DNA from: an uncultured Chloroflexia bacterium
GTDB lineage: Bacteria > Chloroflexota > Anaerolineae > JAAYZQ01
DNA: 64,000 bases
Assembly (NCBI GenBank): GCA_963700285.1
Contig: CAVOXA010000005.1
Location: 160,001-224,000, forward strand
Direction of reading: 5' to 3'
Shown here piece after piece: positions 18,530-28,889 of this stretch. Numbering within the stretch: position 1 is the stretch's first letter; every line of letters begins with the position of its first letter. The translations under genes and the position numbers were made by a program. The notes beneath the pieces are model-generated. The model was not told the origin of the DNA. It made no database searches and saw only the letters and a program-made list of their open reading frames with translations.

Positions 18530-21500
18530 TCACTCGCCCCCACACGCCACCGCCACGTCGCCCGTGCCCTCGCAGCCCGTCACCAGCAGGGGGCCGCTGG
18601 CTGGCGCCTCGGCAACCAAAGGACTCGCGCTGGTCGCCGCGGTCGCCGCGTCGGCAAAGGTGACCCGCAGATAGGGCTTGTAGTCCGACTCGCGGGTGTT
18701 AAAGCCGATCCAGCCCATCAGGCTGTCGTTGGCTTCGTTGGCGCGGACCATGAGGCCCTCGTTGGGCAGGCTGCCGTTCACCCAGCCCCGCACCAGGTTG
18801 GTGACGTCGAAAGACTGCCAGCTCCCGGCGTCCAGGTAGGCGATGGAGGCCGAGCCATAGGACTCGCCGGCCACGGGCTGGTTGTTCCAGGTGACCGATG
18901 CCTCGGCCCAGGGGTCGGTGGCGCGGTAGGTGGTGGCCGTGCGCGGCACCGTCGGCAGCCGATAGCAAAGGCGGTAGGTCCTCAGGTATAGGCGGGCGTC
19001 GTCGATGCGCGTCCCACCCGGGATGCTGGTCAGGTCGAACTTGAGCAGGCTGCGGGAGATCTGGTAATTGACGGGGGTCCCACAGTTGGCCAGCCCGTAG
19101 CCGGCCCACATGTCGCCGTTGGACCCAAAGTTCTGGTCCGGAACCCCCTGGTAGACGCCGGCATCCTCGATGGCCGGGTACTCGGTCTGCGTTGGATCCT
19201 TCTTGACCTCCACCGGCTGCCGGTTGCTCCAGTCGCTGTCGCCGGCGGGCCCGCTGGCCCGGACGCGGTAGTAGTGGAAGCCGGGTCGCATGTTGTTGGC
19301 ATCCCAGGAGGTGCCGGGGCCGGCATAGCGGATCGTTGGGCTGGTGAAAAAGATATTGTCGTCCTCCTGAAGCGTGTAGGCGCTGGCGCCGGCGGATGGC
19401 TGCCAGGTGACGGTGTAGCTGCCATTGCCATCGGCGTTGTCGATGGGCTTCAGGACCGGCGCGGCGGGCGCCTGCGGCTTGTGGCGCTGGACGATGGACA
19501 GGTAGAGGGTATTGGCGGCGCCGGCCTGCGTGTCCAGGGCGAAGGGCGAAAAGCTGTCGATGGACTGCGTTTCGACATAGAGGCCCCGCTCCAGATCCAG
19601 GCTGCCATAGCGGGTGGGCCTGGGCACCTGCTGCCAGCCGCCGGCATAGTGGTAGACGTCCAGCTCGTCCAGGGCCAGCCCCAGGCGATCCGCTTCGGCA
19701 AAGTAGTAGCGTACCGTCGCCTCCAGCGGCGCGCCGCTTTCGATCTCGTAGCAGCGGTTGACGCCGCTGATGCGGCCCGGGCAGTGCTGGTGGCCGGCGA
19801 TGGCCACCGCCACCAGGGGCGCCTCGCTGACCGTCACCTGAAAGGCGTCGGTGTCGCTCAGCCCGCCGGTGTCCTCGGCTCGGATCTGGACGCTGGTCGA
19901 TCCGGTCCAGTCGGCCTGGGGGTTGATGTCAACGTAGCGATTGGCGCTGAGGCCAACGCCCGCGCCGGGTTTTGGCGCGTTGTCGATGGCGTACAGGAGA
20001 CCCGCCGGCCCGTCCTCGGCGTCGCTGGCGTGCTGCCACAGATCGATGGCTTTTTCCAGCGCGCCGTTCTGCTGCAACGTCTGGTCGGGCAGCCCGTTGA
20101 GCACCGGCGCGGCGTTGGCCGGGTCGGAATGCTGGACGATGAGCTGGGGAGCGGTGGCCTCCTCGCGGGTGGCAAAGCCCCGCCAGCCCAGCTCCGATTC
20201 CTCCTGGCCGAGCAGGTAGATGCCGTGGTTGGTGCTGGTCCTGTCGTGCCAGGCCCGGACCATCTCTGTCACGTCGAAATCGTACCAGCCCCACGCGCCG
20301 TGGGGAATGGACTGGCTGCCGGCCGCCCCCGCATAGCCGGGGGCGTTGCTCCAGGTCACCGTGTCTTCGGACCAGTCCGCGGTGGCGCGATAGGCTGTGA
20401 CCTCCAGGCTGTCCTCCGCTGCCCCGTAAGAGACCACCAGGTAGAGCCTCAGGGTGGCCTGGCCGATCTCCGCCCCGTCGGGCAGGTCCGTGTCGTCGAA
20501 TTTGAGCAAGCTGCGCGCGACCTTGCCGTCGGGCTCCAGGTAGGTATCATAGCCGGCCCACATCATGCCCGTCGGCCGCGACAGGTCGGGCATGGTCCAG
20601 ACGCCGCCATAGTTGGTGGTTGGGTAGCCCTTGAGCAGGCCGGAGTCGGCGATGGAGGTCAGGACCGTCTGGCCCAGGGTACTCGCGGGCGGCGCCCCTG
20701 CGCTGGCTGGATCCGGGGCCGCCAGCAGGGCCGGCTGGCCGGCCGCGCTTTCATCGGCGACCCTGGCCGTGCCCGCTGTGGGCGTGAGGTCCAGCCCATA
20801 GTATCGGGTCTGGTCCCCGGCCTGGTTGCGGATGCGCAGGAAAGAGGTTGTGCCGCTGCCGGCCACGGGCAGCGTCTGCTTGAGCGTCCCGGCATTGGTC
20901 AGTTTTTGCTCGATGGTCAGCCCGCGGTTGCCCAGGTCCAGGACGGCCCCCTGATCGATGGTCAGGTTCCTGGCGGCGGCGATGCCCGAGGCGACGACCG
21001 GAGCCCGGGCCGTGGCCGGAATGAGGACGTTGTCCCCGGCCGTGGGCACGCCCCTGGGCGACCAGTTGCCGGCCTCGTGCCAGTCGGCGCTGCTGGCTCC
21101 AGTCCAGGTGACGACGGGCTCGGTAACCATGACCCTGAAGGTATCTGCGCCGGACAGCCCGCCGGGATCGGCGACCCTGACGGTCACGAGCGTCTGGCCT
21201 GTCCATCCGCTGGCGGGCCGAATGGTCACGTAGCGGTTGGCCACGATGCTCACGCCGGCGCTGGGTTCAGGCGCATTGTGGATGGTATAGATCAGTTGAT
21301 CGTCCCTCGATTGGGCGTCGCTGGCATAGGCCCACAGGTCAATGGCCCTGTCCTTGCTGGCGCCCATGGGCAGGGTCTGGTCGGGCAGGCCGGTCAGGAT
21401 GGGCGGCGTGTTCCCGCCATTGGGCGGCGTTCCCAGGTTCAGCCGGCCGGCGCCGTAGGCGTTGTCTTTGCCCGCCGGCCCCTGGTCCGCCGCCCGCTGC

Positions 21501-23110
21501 TCCAGGAATGCCTGCACCTGGGCGGGGCTGTAGGTCGGATTGGCGCCTTTGACCAGGGCCGCCGCGCCCGCCAGGTGGGGCGTGGCCGAAGAAGTTCCGT
21601 TGAAATAGGTGGGTCCGTAGCTTGCCGTCGAGACGTTGGCATAGCCACCCAGGTCGGGCTTGGTCGCGCCACCGCTGCAGGCCCCGCCCGGGCCAAAGGT
21701 GGGGCCCCGCGAGCTATAGCTCTCCAGGGGATAGGGCGCGCTGGCGTCCAGCGCGGCGCCGCTGGCGGCGTTGGTCGAGTCGGCGGGGAAGGTCAGGCTG
21801 CGTCCGGTGCTAAAGTGTTCCAGCGCCCCCATCTTGGGCGCCAATACCCGAAAACAGACGTTCCGCGAGGCGCTGTAGCGCCTGACCGCCAGGCCATAGG
21901 TCCCGCTGGTGGGGGCATAGATGCCGATGAATTCCTCGGGCGTGGCATAGCCGGCGATCTGGCGGTTGCGCGAGGCGGTCTGTAGGGTCCAGGAGGAGCC
22001 GGTCCAGCGGTAAAGCTCCAGATCATAGTCTTGGCCGGTGCGCGACCAGTCGTCCCAGTGCAGCCCGATGCGGATGGCCTGGCCGGCGTTGATATAGTCG
22101 GTGAACTCGTTGATCCACTCGCCCTGCGCCCACCTGTGGCGGCCGGAGCCATCGTCCTGGTAGGCGCCGTGCCACGTCTCGCCGGCCTCGTTGCCCGCCG
22201 CGGTGGCGAAAAAGATGCCGTTCTGCCGCGCCTTTTTGACGATATCGGCCAGAAAGCCGGTTCCGTCGCCGGGCCCGTCGATGGTCCAGCCCAGGGACAT
22301 GCTGATGACGTCCACACCGTCGGCGATGGCCCGATCGACGGCCTGCCCGACGTCGGTGTTATAGTTTACCTTGTGCAGGTAGAGGCTGGCTTGAGGCGCC
22401 ATATCGTGCACGATCTCGGCGCAGGCCGTGCCGTGGGGAGTCCCGCCGATCCCGGTGCCGGTCCAGTCATAGGTTGCGACGGTGGCCGGCAGGTCCGAGC
22501 CCAGCAGGCTGGCATAGCCGCTGAATCCGGCGTCGATGATGGCAATGCGCACCCCGGCGCCCAGATTGCCGGCCGTGTGCCAGGCCGTGGCGTTTGAGGC
22601 CGCGACCCCCTCCGATGTGTAGCGGCCGGCCGCCAACTCAGGTTCCAGCAGGACGGGCTGCCGCGGCTCAGTGATGAGTTCGATCTCCTCGCGTGCGGCC
22701 AGCGGCTCCAGGGCGTCGATGGGCACCCGGGCGACCAGGCGCTGGCCATACTGGCTCCTGACCTCGCCGCCCAGATCGGGCAGGGAGGCCGCCAGTTCCT
22801 CGAGTACCTGGGGCTCAGCGTGGATGGTGACCATCACGCGCCCCTCTTCCACGTCAACCGCACCGGTCGCCGAAAAAGCTTCCGCGCCCAGCGCGCCGGC
22901 GCGGTCGTAGGCATAGAGCAATTGGTTCAGGGACCATTCCAGTTTGGGATTGCTGCTGGCCGAGTCGGGCTCAGGGGCAGCTGGGCCTGGGCCCTGGCTT
23001 GCGCCGGTGGCTGCGCCGGTGACGAGAAGGGCGACGACCGTCAGCAGGCCCAAGATCGGGCGTGCCCAGCCTCTGCCTGGCCTCCGGTGCTGTTGCTCAC
23101 TGTGGTTCAT
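18530..23110 (-). CDS. Large secreted S8 serine peptidase with cadherin-like, Fn3-like and two DNRLRE/CBM96-like domains
   Basis: IIDAGF, HGTACAE, AAGN, GTSSATPHLAG. Two RSLLKFD...WxExxVTWxNxP domains. Internal LYLSIV motif. Confidence 0.9.
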   Translation of the reverse strand: MNHSEQQHRRPGRGWARPILGLLTVVALLVTGAATGASQGPGPAAPEPDSASSNPKLEWSLNQLLYAYDRAGALGAEAFSATGAVDVEEGRVMVTIHAEPQVLEELAASLPDLGGEVRSQYGQRLVARVPIDALEPLAAREEIELITEPRQPVLLEPELAAGRYTSEGVAASNATAWHTAGNLGAGVRIAIIDAGFSGYASLLGSDLPATVATYDWTGTGIGGTPHGTACAEIVHDMAPQASLYLHKVNYNTDVGQAVDRAIADGVDVISMSLGWTIDGPGDGTGFLADIVKKARQNGIFFATAAGNEAGETWHGAYQDDGSGRHRWAQGEWINEFTDYINAGQAIRIGLHWDDWSRTGQDYDLELYRWTGSSWTLQTASRNRQIAGYATPEEFIGIYAPTSGTYGLAVRRYSASRNVCFRVLAPKMGALEHFSTGRSLTFPADSTNAASGAALDASAPYPLESYSSRGPTFGPGGACSGGATKPDLGGYANVSTASYGPTYFNGTSSATPHLAGAAALVKGANPTYSPAQVQAFLEQRAADQGPAGKDNAYGAGRLNLGTPPNGGNTPPILTGLPDQTLPMGASKDRAIDLWAYASDAQSRDDQLIYTIHNAPEPSAGVSIVANRYVTIRPASGWTGQTLVTVRVADPGGLSGADTFRVMVTEPVVTWTGASSADWHEAGNWSPRGVPTAGDNVLIPATARAPVVASGIAAARNLTIDQGAVLDLGNRGLTIEQKLTNAGTLKQTLPVAGSGTTSFLRIRNQAGDQTRYYGLDLTPTAGTARVADESAAGQPALLAAPDPASAGAPPASTLGQTVLTSIADSGLLKGYPTTNYGGVWTMPDLSRPTGMMWAGYDTYLEPDGKVARSLLKFDDTDLPDGAEIGQATLRLYLVVSYGAAEDSLEVTAYRATADWSEDTVTWSNAPGYAGAAGSQSIPHGAWGWYDFDVTEMVRAWHDRTSTNHGIYLLGQEESELGWRGFATREEATAPQLIVQHSDPANAAPVLNGLPDQTLQQNGALEKAIDLWQHASDAEDGPAGLLYAIDNAPKPGAGVGLSANRYVDINPQADWTGSTSVQIRAEDTGGLSDTDAFQVTVSEAPLVAVAIAGHQHCPGRISGVNRCYEIESGAPLEATVRYYFAEADRLGLALDELDVYHYAGGWQQVPRPTRYGSLDLERGLYVETQSIDSFSPFALDTQAGAANTLYLSIVQRHKPQAPAAPVLKPIDNADGNGSYTVTWQPSAGASAYTLQEDDNIFFTSPTIRYAGPGTSWDANNMRPGFHYYRVRASGPAGDSDWSNRQPVEVKKDPTQTEYPAIEDAGVYQGVPDQNFGSNGDMWAGYGLANCGTPVNYQISRSLLKFDLTSIPGGTRIDDARLYLRTYRLCYRLPTVPRTATTYRATDPWAEASVTWNNQPVAGESYGSASIAYLDAGSWQSFDVTNLVRGWVNGSLPNEGLMVRANEANDSLMGWIGFNTRESDYKPYLRVTFADAATAATSASPLVAEAPASGPLLVTGCEGTGDVAVACGGE

Positions 23111-23171
23111 GTCCAGTCTCCCGTTCCGACTGTACCGGCCCTGTGGCGCCAGGCTGCCCTACGCGGGTGGA

Positions 23172-25896
23172 TCAGGGCCAGCGGTGCATGACCAGGGGCA
23201 GGTAGACGGTGCCTATCCGTTGGGACGGCCGGTCCAGCGCGAACTGAGAAGAAGCCTCGATGTCCCGGACCTCGACATACTGCGCCTCGCCTGGGTCCAG
23301 GGCTCCCCGGTCATGCAGGCCGGGAACCTCTGCCCACTGCGCCCCAAAGCGATAGGCCCTCAGGCCGTCCAGCATATGTCCATTGCGTTCGGCTTCACGA
23401 AAGTAGAAACGCACGTCGGCTCGTAGCGGGACGCTGCTGCGGAGTTCGTAACAGCGCCTCACCCCGCTGGTCCGCCAATCGCACAACTGGTTGCCCGATA
23501 TGGTGACGGTGACAACCGGCCCGCCGGCAGTGCCGCCCGGGTCCTGCCTGGACTGCGCATGGGCCGATTCTAGCGTTGCGTGAGTGGCGTCCGGCTGCGT
23601 TGCGTAGGGGCTCTTGTCCGAAACGGGATCCTGCCCACTGCTGCCATAGTCAGCGGCTTTTGGGTCCCCCCCGGGACTGCTTTCGTGATCCTCTTGGCCT
23701 GTATTATACCAGCGTGCTGCCGGGTCGGTCAAGTTCGGGCCGGGCTGGTCCCTGGTGGCTGCCGTCTGTCCGCTACTGCTTTCCCACCCGTCGTAGGCGT
23801 TTTCCAGGTCCAGGCCATAGTAGGCGGCCCGGCTGCCGGCCTGGTTGGAGAGGCGGAGAAAGGCCGTCGTGCCGCCGCTGTCCACCGATTTCGTCTGCTT
23901 CAGGATGCCGTTGTTGGTGACCCTTCCCTCCACGCGCAGGTCCCGTGTCGTCAGGTCGAGCGCGGCGCCGGCCTCTAGGGTCAGGTCTCGCACGGCTGCA
24001 TCGCTTTTAGAGATGATGGGCTGCTTGCCGGTGGCGGGGATGGTGACATTCTCTACGCGCGATGGGACCCCGGCCGGCGTCCAATTCTCAGGCGCATGCC
24101 AGTCCCTGCTAGCGCTCCCGTTCCACCTCTTGGCGGCGGTGGTGACGGCAAAGCCGCCGTCCAGCGCGCCGGAACGGCCGCCGGGGTTGCTGACAACCAC
24201 GTCCCAATTGCCGCTGGCCGCCCCGGTCAGGTCGATGTCGCAGGCTATCCGAGTATCGCCGTCGACGACGACGCGGGTAGCCTGCATGTCCTGCTCGCCG
24301 GCCTTGGCCAGCTTGACGCTGGAGCCAGGTTGAAAATACGCGCCAGCCAGGCGGGAGATGTGCAGCACGCCGTCGTTGCTGCCACTTGCGGGCGTGATGC
24401 TGGTGACCTGTGGGGGCGGTGCTGAGGCCAGACTCTCCGCCGCCGAGGTCCGCAGCCGGACGCCCAGATCGGTACCATAGCTGGCGCCCATGTCGTGCCA
24501 CCAGTGCCCCTCACAACTGAGGTAGGTACGCCCGGGCTCGATCTTGCCGTCGGGGTCGCCGCCAAAGGGAAAGCCATAGCTGGCGTTGGTGGCTTTTACC
24601 ACCGCGACGACCTCCTGGCCCTGAGCCACCCGGATTGGCGCGTCAAAGCGCACCGAGTGATAGCCCGCTTCGCCAAAGCGGCTGTCCAGCTTGCTGGCCA
24701 GCAGGCCGCTGAGCGCGTCACCGTCAAACTCTCTGTAGAGAAAGACGTCCACGTCTGTCGTAGCATCGGTCGTCCAAAACTCGATGCGCTCAATGTTGGC
24801 CTCTGTGGGCGCGCTGAACTTGGCCAGCCCCCATGCCGTCGTGTCCTCGCAGCCCCAGGAATGCCGCCAGCCGCCCTCGTCATAGTGCCAGAGCGCGCCT
24901 TCCGGGTCATAGTTCTGCCACTCCTGCACAAAGTTCGAAATGGCGCCAACGTTTGCCGAGCCATAGCTGGCATAAAAATAGCCCTGGTCGCCCCAAGCTG
25001 GGCCCCAATTGTTCTTCAGGATCCAGCCTTCCGCGGGGCCGGTCCCGCCTCGGACGGGCGGCAGCCGGTTGCTCCAACCCACCAGCAGGACGGTGTGGTT
25101 GACCCGCTCCGGAGCGACCCTGTAGTCCAGGGTGAAAGAGCCGTCGTAGGCGGGGTTGAAACCGCCGTCCAGGTCGATGAAGGTGGAGACGCTGATGCGG
25201 GCCATGGTCGTAGAGATAGCGCTTGAGCACCCGGGGATCCGGCGGGGACCCGGCCGAAATGAGGCGCCAGTCCAGGACGGTCTGCTGGTAGGGACAGGCG
25301 GCGCCGCAGGCCACGTCGCCGGGCACGTAGGGGTCGCACGACTCCAGAACCGTACCCGTCTGCGAGAACAGGTTGGCCAGCATCAAGCTGTTGCCGCCGC
25401 TGCAGCTCCCCCAGGGAGAGCCGGGCGGGTACTCGAAGCGGTTGCGAGCGGACCAGTTGCATTCTTTTGCGTGGTTCTCAGAGAGGTCGTAGGGGCCGGC
25501 GCCATCCATCAGCAGCCTGGCCTCCATCTGGCCCAGAAAAGCGAAAGCGTAGCAGGCCGCGCAGGCGTGCTCGTCCCGAACCGCGGTGATATAGCTTTCG
25601 CCGTTCTGGTCGCGCCAATCGAATGTGTCTGGCAGATCCTGGCCCAGGCTGGCTGCGTCCGGCCTCTGCGCTGACAGGTGGGACAGATCGACGGGGGGCA
25701 GCAGGGAGCCGGCATCAAGCCGGAGGGCCGGCAGCGGCGCCATGCGGGGCTGCCGGGGCCCGCTGGCAGACGGCGTCTGGGTGCTCAAGCTCAACGTAGT
25801 GGCGGCCAGGATCAGCCCGGCGGCCAGGATCTGGGCGGCCCGTTGCCAGATTTGGGTCAGGAATGGATGTCGTGGGGTGTCGTGGTTGTGCTTCAA
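23172..25896 (-). CDS. Secreted C1 (papain-like) cysteine peptidase with lectin-like and IPT/TIG domains, 1-nt frameshift near 25200
   Basis: LPDTFDWRD, CAACYAFA, LSEN, NHTVLLVGW, WILKNNWG. Ends VYLPLVMHRWP. Confidence 0.85.
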
Positions 25897-26016
25897 AGTA
25901 GTCGCTCCTGTTGGCTGTTGTGGGTGTTGGCATGGCCGTCGCAGGCCGGTCTTCTGGCGATCTCCTTTGTGCTAGAACTCGTTTAATTAAGCTTGAAAAC
26001 TGTATAGAAAGTATGA

Positions 26017-26044
26017 ATTATACCGTAAGTGGGGAAAATGTCAA
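26017..26044 (-). promoter_or_regulatory. Consensus sigma70 promoter for the protease pair
   Basis: Minus strand TTGACA-16 nt-TATAAT in an AT-rich tract. Confidence 0.7.
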
Positions 26045-26366
26045 GAAGAAAAGAGTCCGCGGTGCAGCGACGCCCACTATAGACAAAAATCTACGCTCTG
26101 TCAACCTGAGGCCAGGCCACTGTCAAAACGGCATAGACGCATGCCTGTCATGCCCGCCCCTACCGTCGTGGGGGAGACCTATGGCGGGCAAGTTTCGCCG
26201 GCCAATATGACAACGAATCAAGAGGATTAAGCGAATCGGCTGAGACCGGATTCGATGAATCCCGTAGATTCGTCGTCACATTGAGTGGGTAAGAACTGGA
26301 CCTCGGAGGGTGAGGTGGGTGCGGTGGGTGCGGGCATGACAATCACAAGAGGCTGGTTTTGGGACC

Positions 26367-26395
26367 TTGACGCTGCCAGCAAACTGTGCTACAAT
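26367..26395 (+). promoter_or_regulatory. Sigma70-type promoter
   Basis: TTGACG-17 nt-TACAAT with extended -10 TG. Confidence 0.65.
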
Positions 26396-26451
26396 CTGCA
26401 TGCTTGCGCCAACCCTTTGGACGAGTTGCACAGGCGAAGGAGAACGCTCTA

Positions 26452-27186
26452 TTGAGAAAAGATGTACAGCCCGGCTGGCCCATGGCCATCCCGGAGATGG
26501 CCGGTCCTCGGCAACTGGAGGACCTGATCCCCATCGATAGCTTTGTGGGCACCAGCCTGATCCTGCGCCAGGATGGTCGCCTTCTCTATGGCATGCGTCC
26601 CATCCGGGAGGTGCAAAAGCGGCCGCTGATAGAGCTGACCGGCATCGGGGGCGGCATCGAAGAGGTGGATGAGACCTATGCCTCGGGCGTGCTGCGTGAG
26701 GCGCGGGAGGAGATCGGTTGCGGCGAGGGGGCCGGGGCAGGCTGCCGGGTCAAGCTGCTCCCCTGTGACAGGACGCTGGTGGTCCGCGGCCAGGAGCAGA
26801 TGGAATGGGCCAAACTCCAGGGCCCGCAGAGGCCGGCCGCGGTCGTGTACCGCTACTACCGGACCCCTCCGCACCGGCCCTGGCACGCGAGCAACCGGGG
26901 GCAAGGTTGTCTTGTTGTTTTTCTGGCCGACTTGGAGGGCCAGCCCTGCCCGACGATAGAGCTGCCCTGGCTGCTGTGGATGAGCCCCGAGCAGGTCCTT
27001 GAAACAGCGCGGCGGGATGCACCACTTTCCGATCTGTTGGGCGACGGGGCCGAGCTGGTGCTGGGCCCTATGGGCGCGCCGCCTGACGCGAGTTGTGTCA
27101 GGCTCACCGATTCCCAGGAGGCATTGGGGCTGGCACTGGGCGAGGCATTGCCGGGATTCTACAGGTCATTCGACGCAGCCGGTTAG
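26452..27186 (+). CDS. NUDIX-domain protein
   Basis: GGGIEEVDETYASGVLREAREEIG Nudix box. Start uncertain. Confidence 0.75.
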   Translation: MRKDVQPGWPMAIPEMAGPRQLEDLIPIDSFVGTSLILRQDGRLLYGMRPIREVQKRPLIELTGIGGGIEEVDETYASGVLREAREEIGCGEGAGAGCRVKLLPCDRTLVVRGQEQMEWAKLQGPQRPAAVVYRYYRTPPHRPWHASNRGQGCLVVFLADLEGQPCPTIELPWLLWMSPEQVLETARRDAPLSDLLGDGAELVLGPMGAPPDASCVRLTDSQEALGLALGEALPGFYRSFDAAG

Positions 27187-27255
27187 GGCATGGGACCCGG
27201 CCAGCGCATGGGTTGCAGGGCTTGGCGAGGCTTTTGACGTCAATTGGGAGGAGAC

Positions 27256-27801
27256 ATGGTGGGGCAGGACTGGTCGTCAGATGCGAACGATTTGCTGGCT
27301 GCCTATGCTCGCTCGCCCACAGCGCTGAGAGAGGCCCTCGCAGACGTCGACGACGAGGCTCTGGACCTGGCCCCGCCGGATAGCGGCTGGACCATCCGCC
27401 AGATCGTGCACCACGTTGCTGACGGCGATGACCTTTGGAAGACGTGCATCGAGGCCGCCCTGAGCGAACGCGGCGAGGATGGCGGCGCCGTGGGGCGCGC
27501 GGTGTTTGGCTTGCAGTGGTACTGGGACAAGCCCCAGGACGAATGGGCAGAGTTCTGGGCCTATGCGGAGCGGGAGATTGAGCCTTCGCTGGACCTGCTT
27601 GAGGCGAACCGCCGGCGGACCGTACAGTTGCTGCGCCATGTGCCCGAGCCTCTGGCTCGCTGTATCACCGTCCGCTGGCCCAGCGGCCGGGAACAAGAGG
27701 TCACCGTCGCCTGGGTGGTTGAGATGCAGACCCGGCACGTTGCCGGCCACATCGACGACATCCAGAGGATCCGTGATGCCTATGCTTTGCCTGGCGTCTA
27801 G
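27256..27801 (+). CDS. DinB/YfiT family protein
   Basis: GWTIRQIVHHVAD, HVAGHIDDI. Confidence 0.85.
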   Translation: MVGQDWSSDANDLLAAYARSPTALREALADVDDEALDLAPPDSGWTIRQIVHHVADGDDLWKTCIEAALSERGEDGGAVGRAVFGLQWYWDKPQDEWAEFWAYAEREIEPSLDLLEANRRRTVQLLRHVPEPLARCITVRWPSGREQEVTVAWVVEMQTRHVAGHIDDIQRIRDAYALPGV

Positions 27802-27962
27802 ACCGCAGGTTCGATGGCTGACCTCCGGCAGCTGGCCCTCCACAGAGAACTGGCCGACCCGAATGCACACAATGCCATCAGAATACCATCTAGCAGCCTG
27901 GGCTTCTCACCAGGGCGTTGGCCCGCCGGTACCTGGCGCAGGCGGGCAGGTAGGGTACGCGC

Positions 27963-28802
27963 GTGCAGATATCCAAGTATCAGGCGCTGGGCAATGACTA
28001 CCTCGTCATGGCGCCCGCGGAACCGGGCCAGACCCTGGCCCCCTCTCAGATCCGTCTTGTCTGCGATCGCCACTATGGCCTGGGCTCCGACGGCATCCTG
28101 CTGGGCCCGCTGGCGACGACGGGGGCCGACTTTGGGCTGCGGCTGTTTAACCCCGACGGCGGCGAGTTTGAAAAGAGCGGCAACGGCCTGCGTATCTTTG
28201 CCCGCTACCTGTGGGACAGGGGCCTGGTGGGCGAGGAAGCTTTCACCATCATGACCCCCGGCGGCCTCGTCCAGGCGCGGGTCCACCCGGGCGGCCGGCG
28301 GGTGACGGTCGGCATGGGGCGGGTGAGTTTTGATAGCCGCCAGATCCCGGTCCAGGGACCGCCCAGGGAGGTCATCGACGAGGTCCTGGTCGTGGAAGGG
28401 CAGGCGCTGGCCTACAGCGCCCTGACCATCGGCAACCCCCACTGCGTGGTCCTGGGACAAACGGTGAGTGCCGAGACCGCTCAGCGACTGGGCCCCCACA
28501 TCGAACGCGATCCCCGCTTTCCCAACCGGACCAACGTACAGTTCCTGCGCGTCCTTGACCGGAACGCCATCCAGATCGAGATCTGGGAGCGGGGGGTGGG
28601 CTATACCCTGGCTTCCGGCAGCAGCAGCTGCGCCGCGGCGGCGGTGGCCCACCGCCTGGGCCTGTGCGAGGCACAGGTCGCCGTCCGCATGCCGGGCGGG
28701 GTCATCGACATCAAGATCTCTGAGGATTGGTCGGTCTCCATGGCGGGCGCCGTGACCCGGGTCTTTGAGGGCCACTTTTTCGAGGAGGCGTTCTCGTCGT
28801 AG
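27963..28802 (+). CDS. dapF: Diaminopimelate-epimerase family protein, Ser/Ser active-site variant
   Basis: KYQALGNDY, DRHYGLGSDG, FNPDGGE, GNPH, FPNRTNV, WERGVG. Catalytic positions read KSGNG and ASGSS. Confidence 0.85.
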   Translation: MQISKYQALGNDYLVMAPAEPGQTLAPSQIRLVCDRHYGLGSDGILLGPLATTGADFGLRLFNPDGGEFEKSGNGLRIFARYLWDRGLVGEEAFTIMTPGGLVQARVHPGGRRVTVGMGRVSFDSRQIPVQGPPREVIDEVLVVEGQALAYSALTIGNPHCVVLGQTVSAETAQRLGPHIERDPRFPNRTNVQFLRVLDRNAIQIEIWERGVGYTLASGSSSCAAAAVAHRLGLCEAQVAVRMPGGVIDIKISEDWSVSMAGAVTRVFEGHFFEEAFSS

Positions 28803-28889
28803 GCCGGCCCGGTTTTCGAGACTGGCCGGTCTGGAAGCCTGTCCAACAGGGCCGTTCGCCCTACCTGTCCAAATGGAGCCAGATCGTCC

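Noticed and set aside
19274-21985. 903-aa plus-strand ORF and other long antisense ORFs such as 11271-12911
   Set aside because: Shadow ORFs opposite well-supported genes in high-GC DNA, with no recognisable motifs.
25540-25585. C1 peptidase inactivation (VRDE instead of VRDQ)
   Set aside because: Catalytic Cys, His and Asn are retained. One oxyanion-site change is not enough to call it inactive.
26306-26334. G-rich tract GGAGGGTGAGGTGGGTGCGGTGGGTGCGG as a functional G-quadruplex
   Set aside because: Short imperfect 9-nt tandem repeat with no supporting context.
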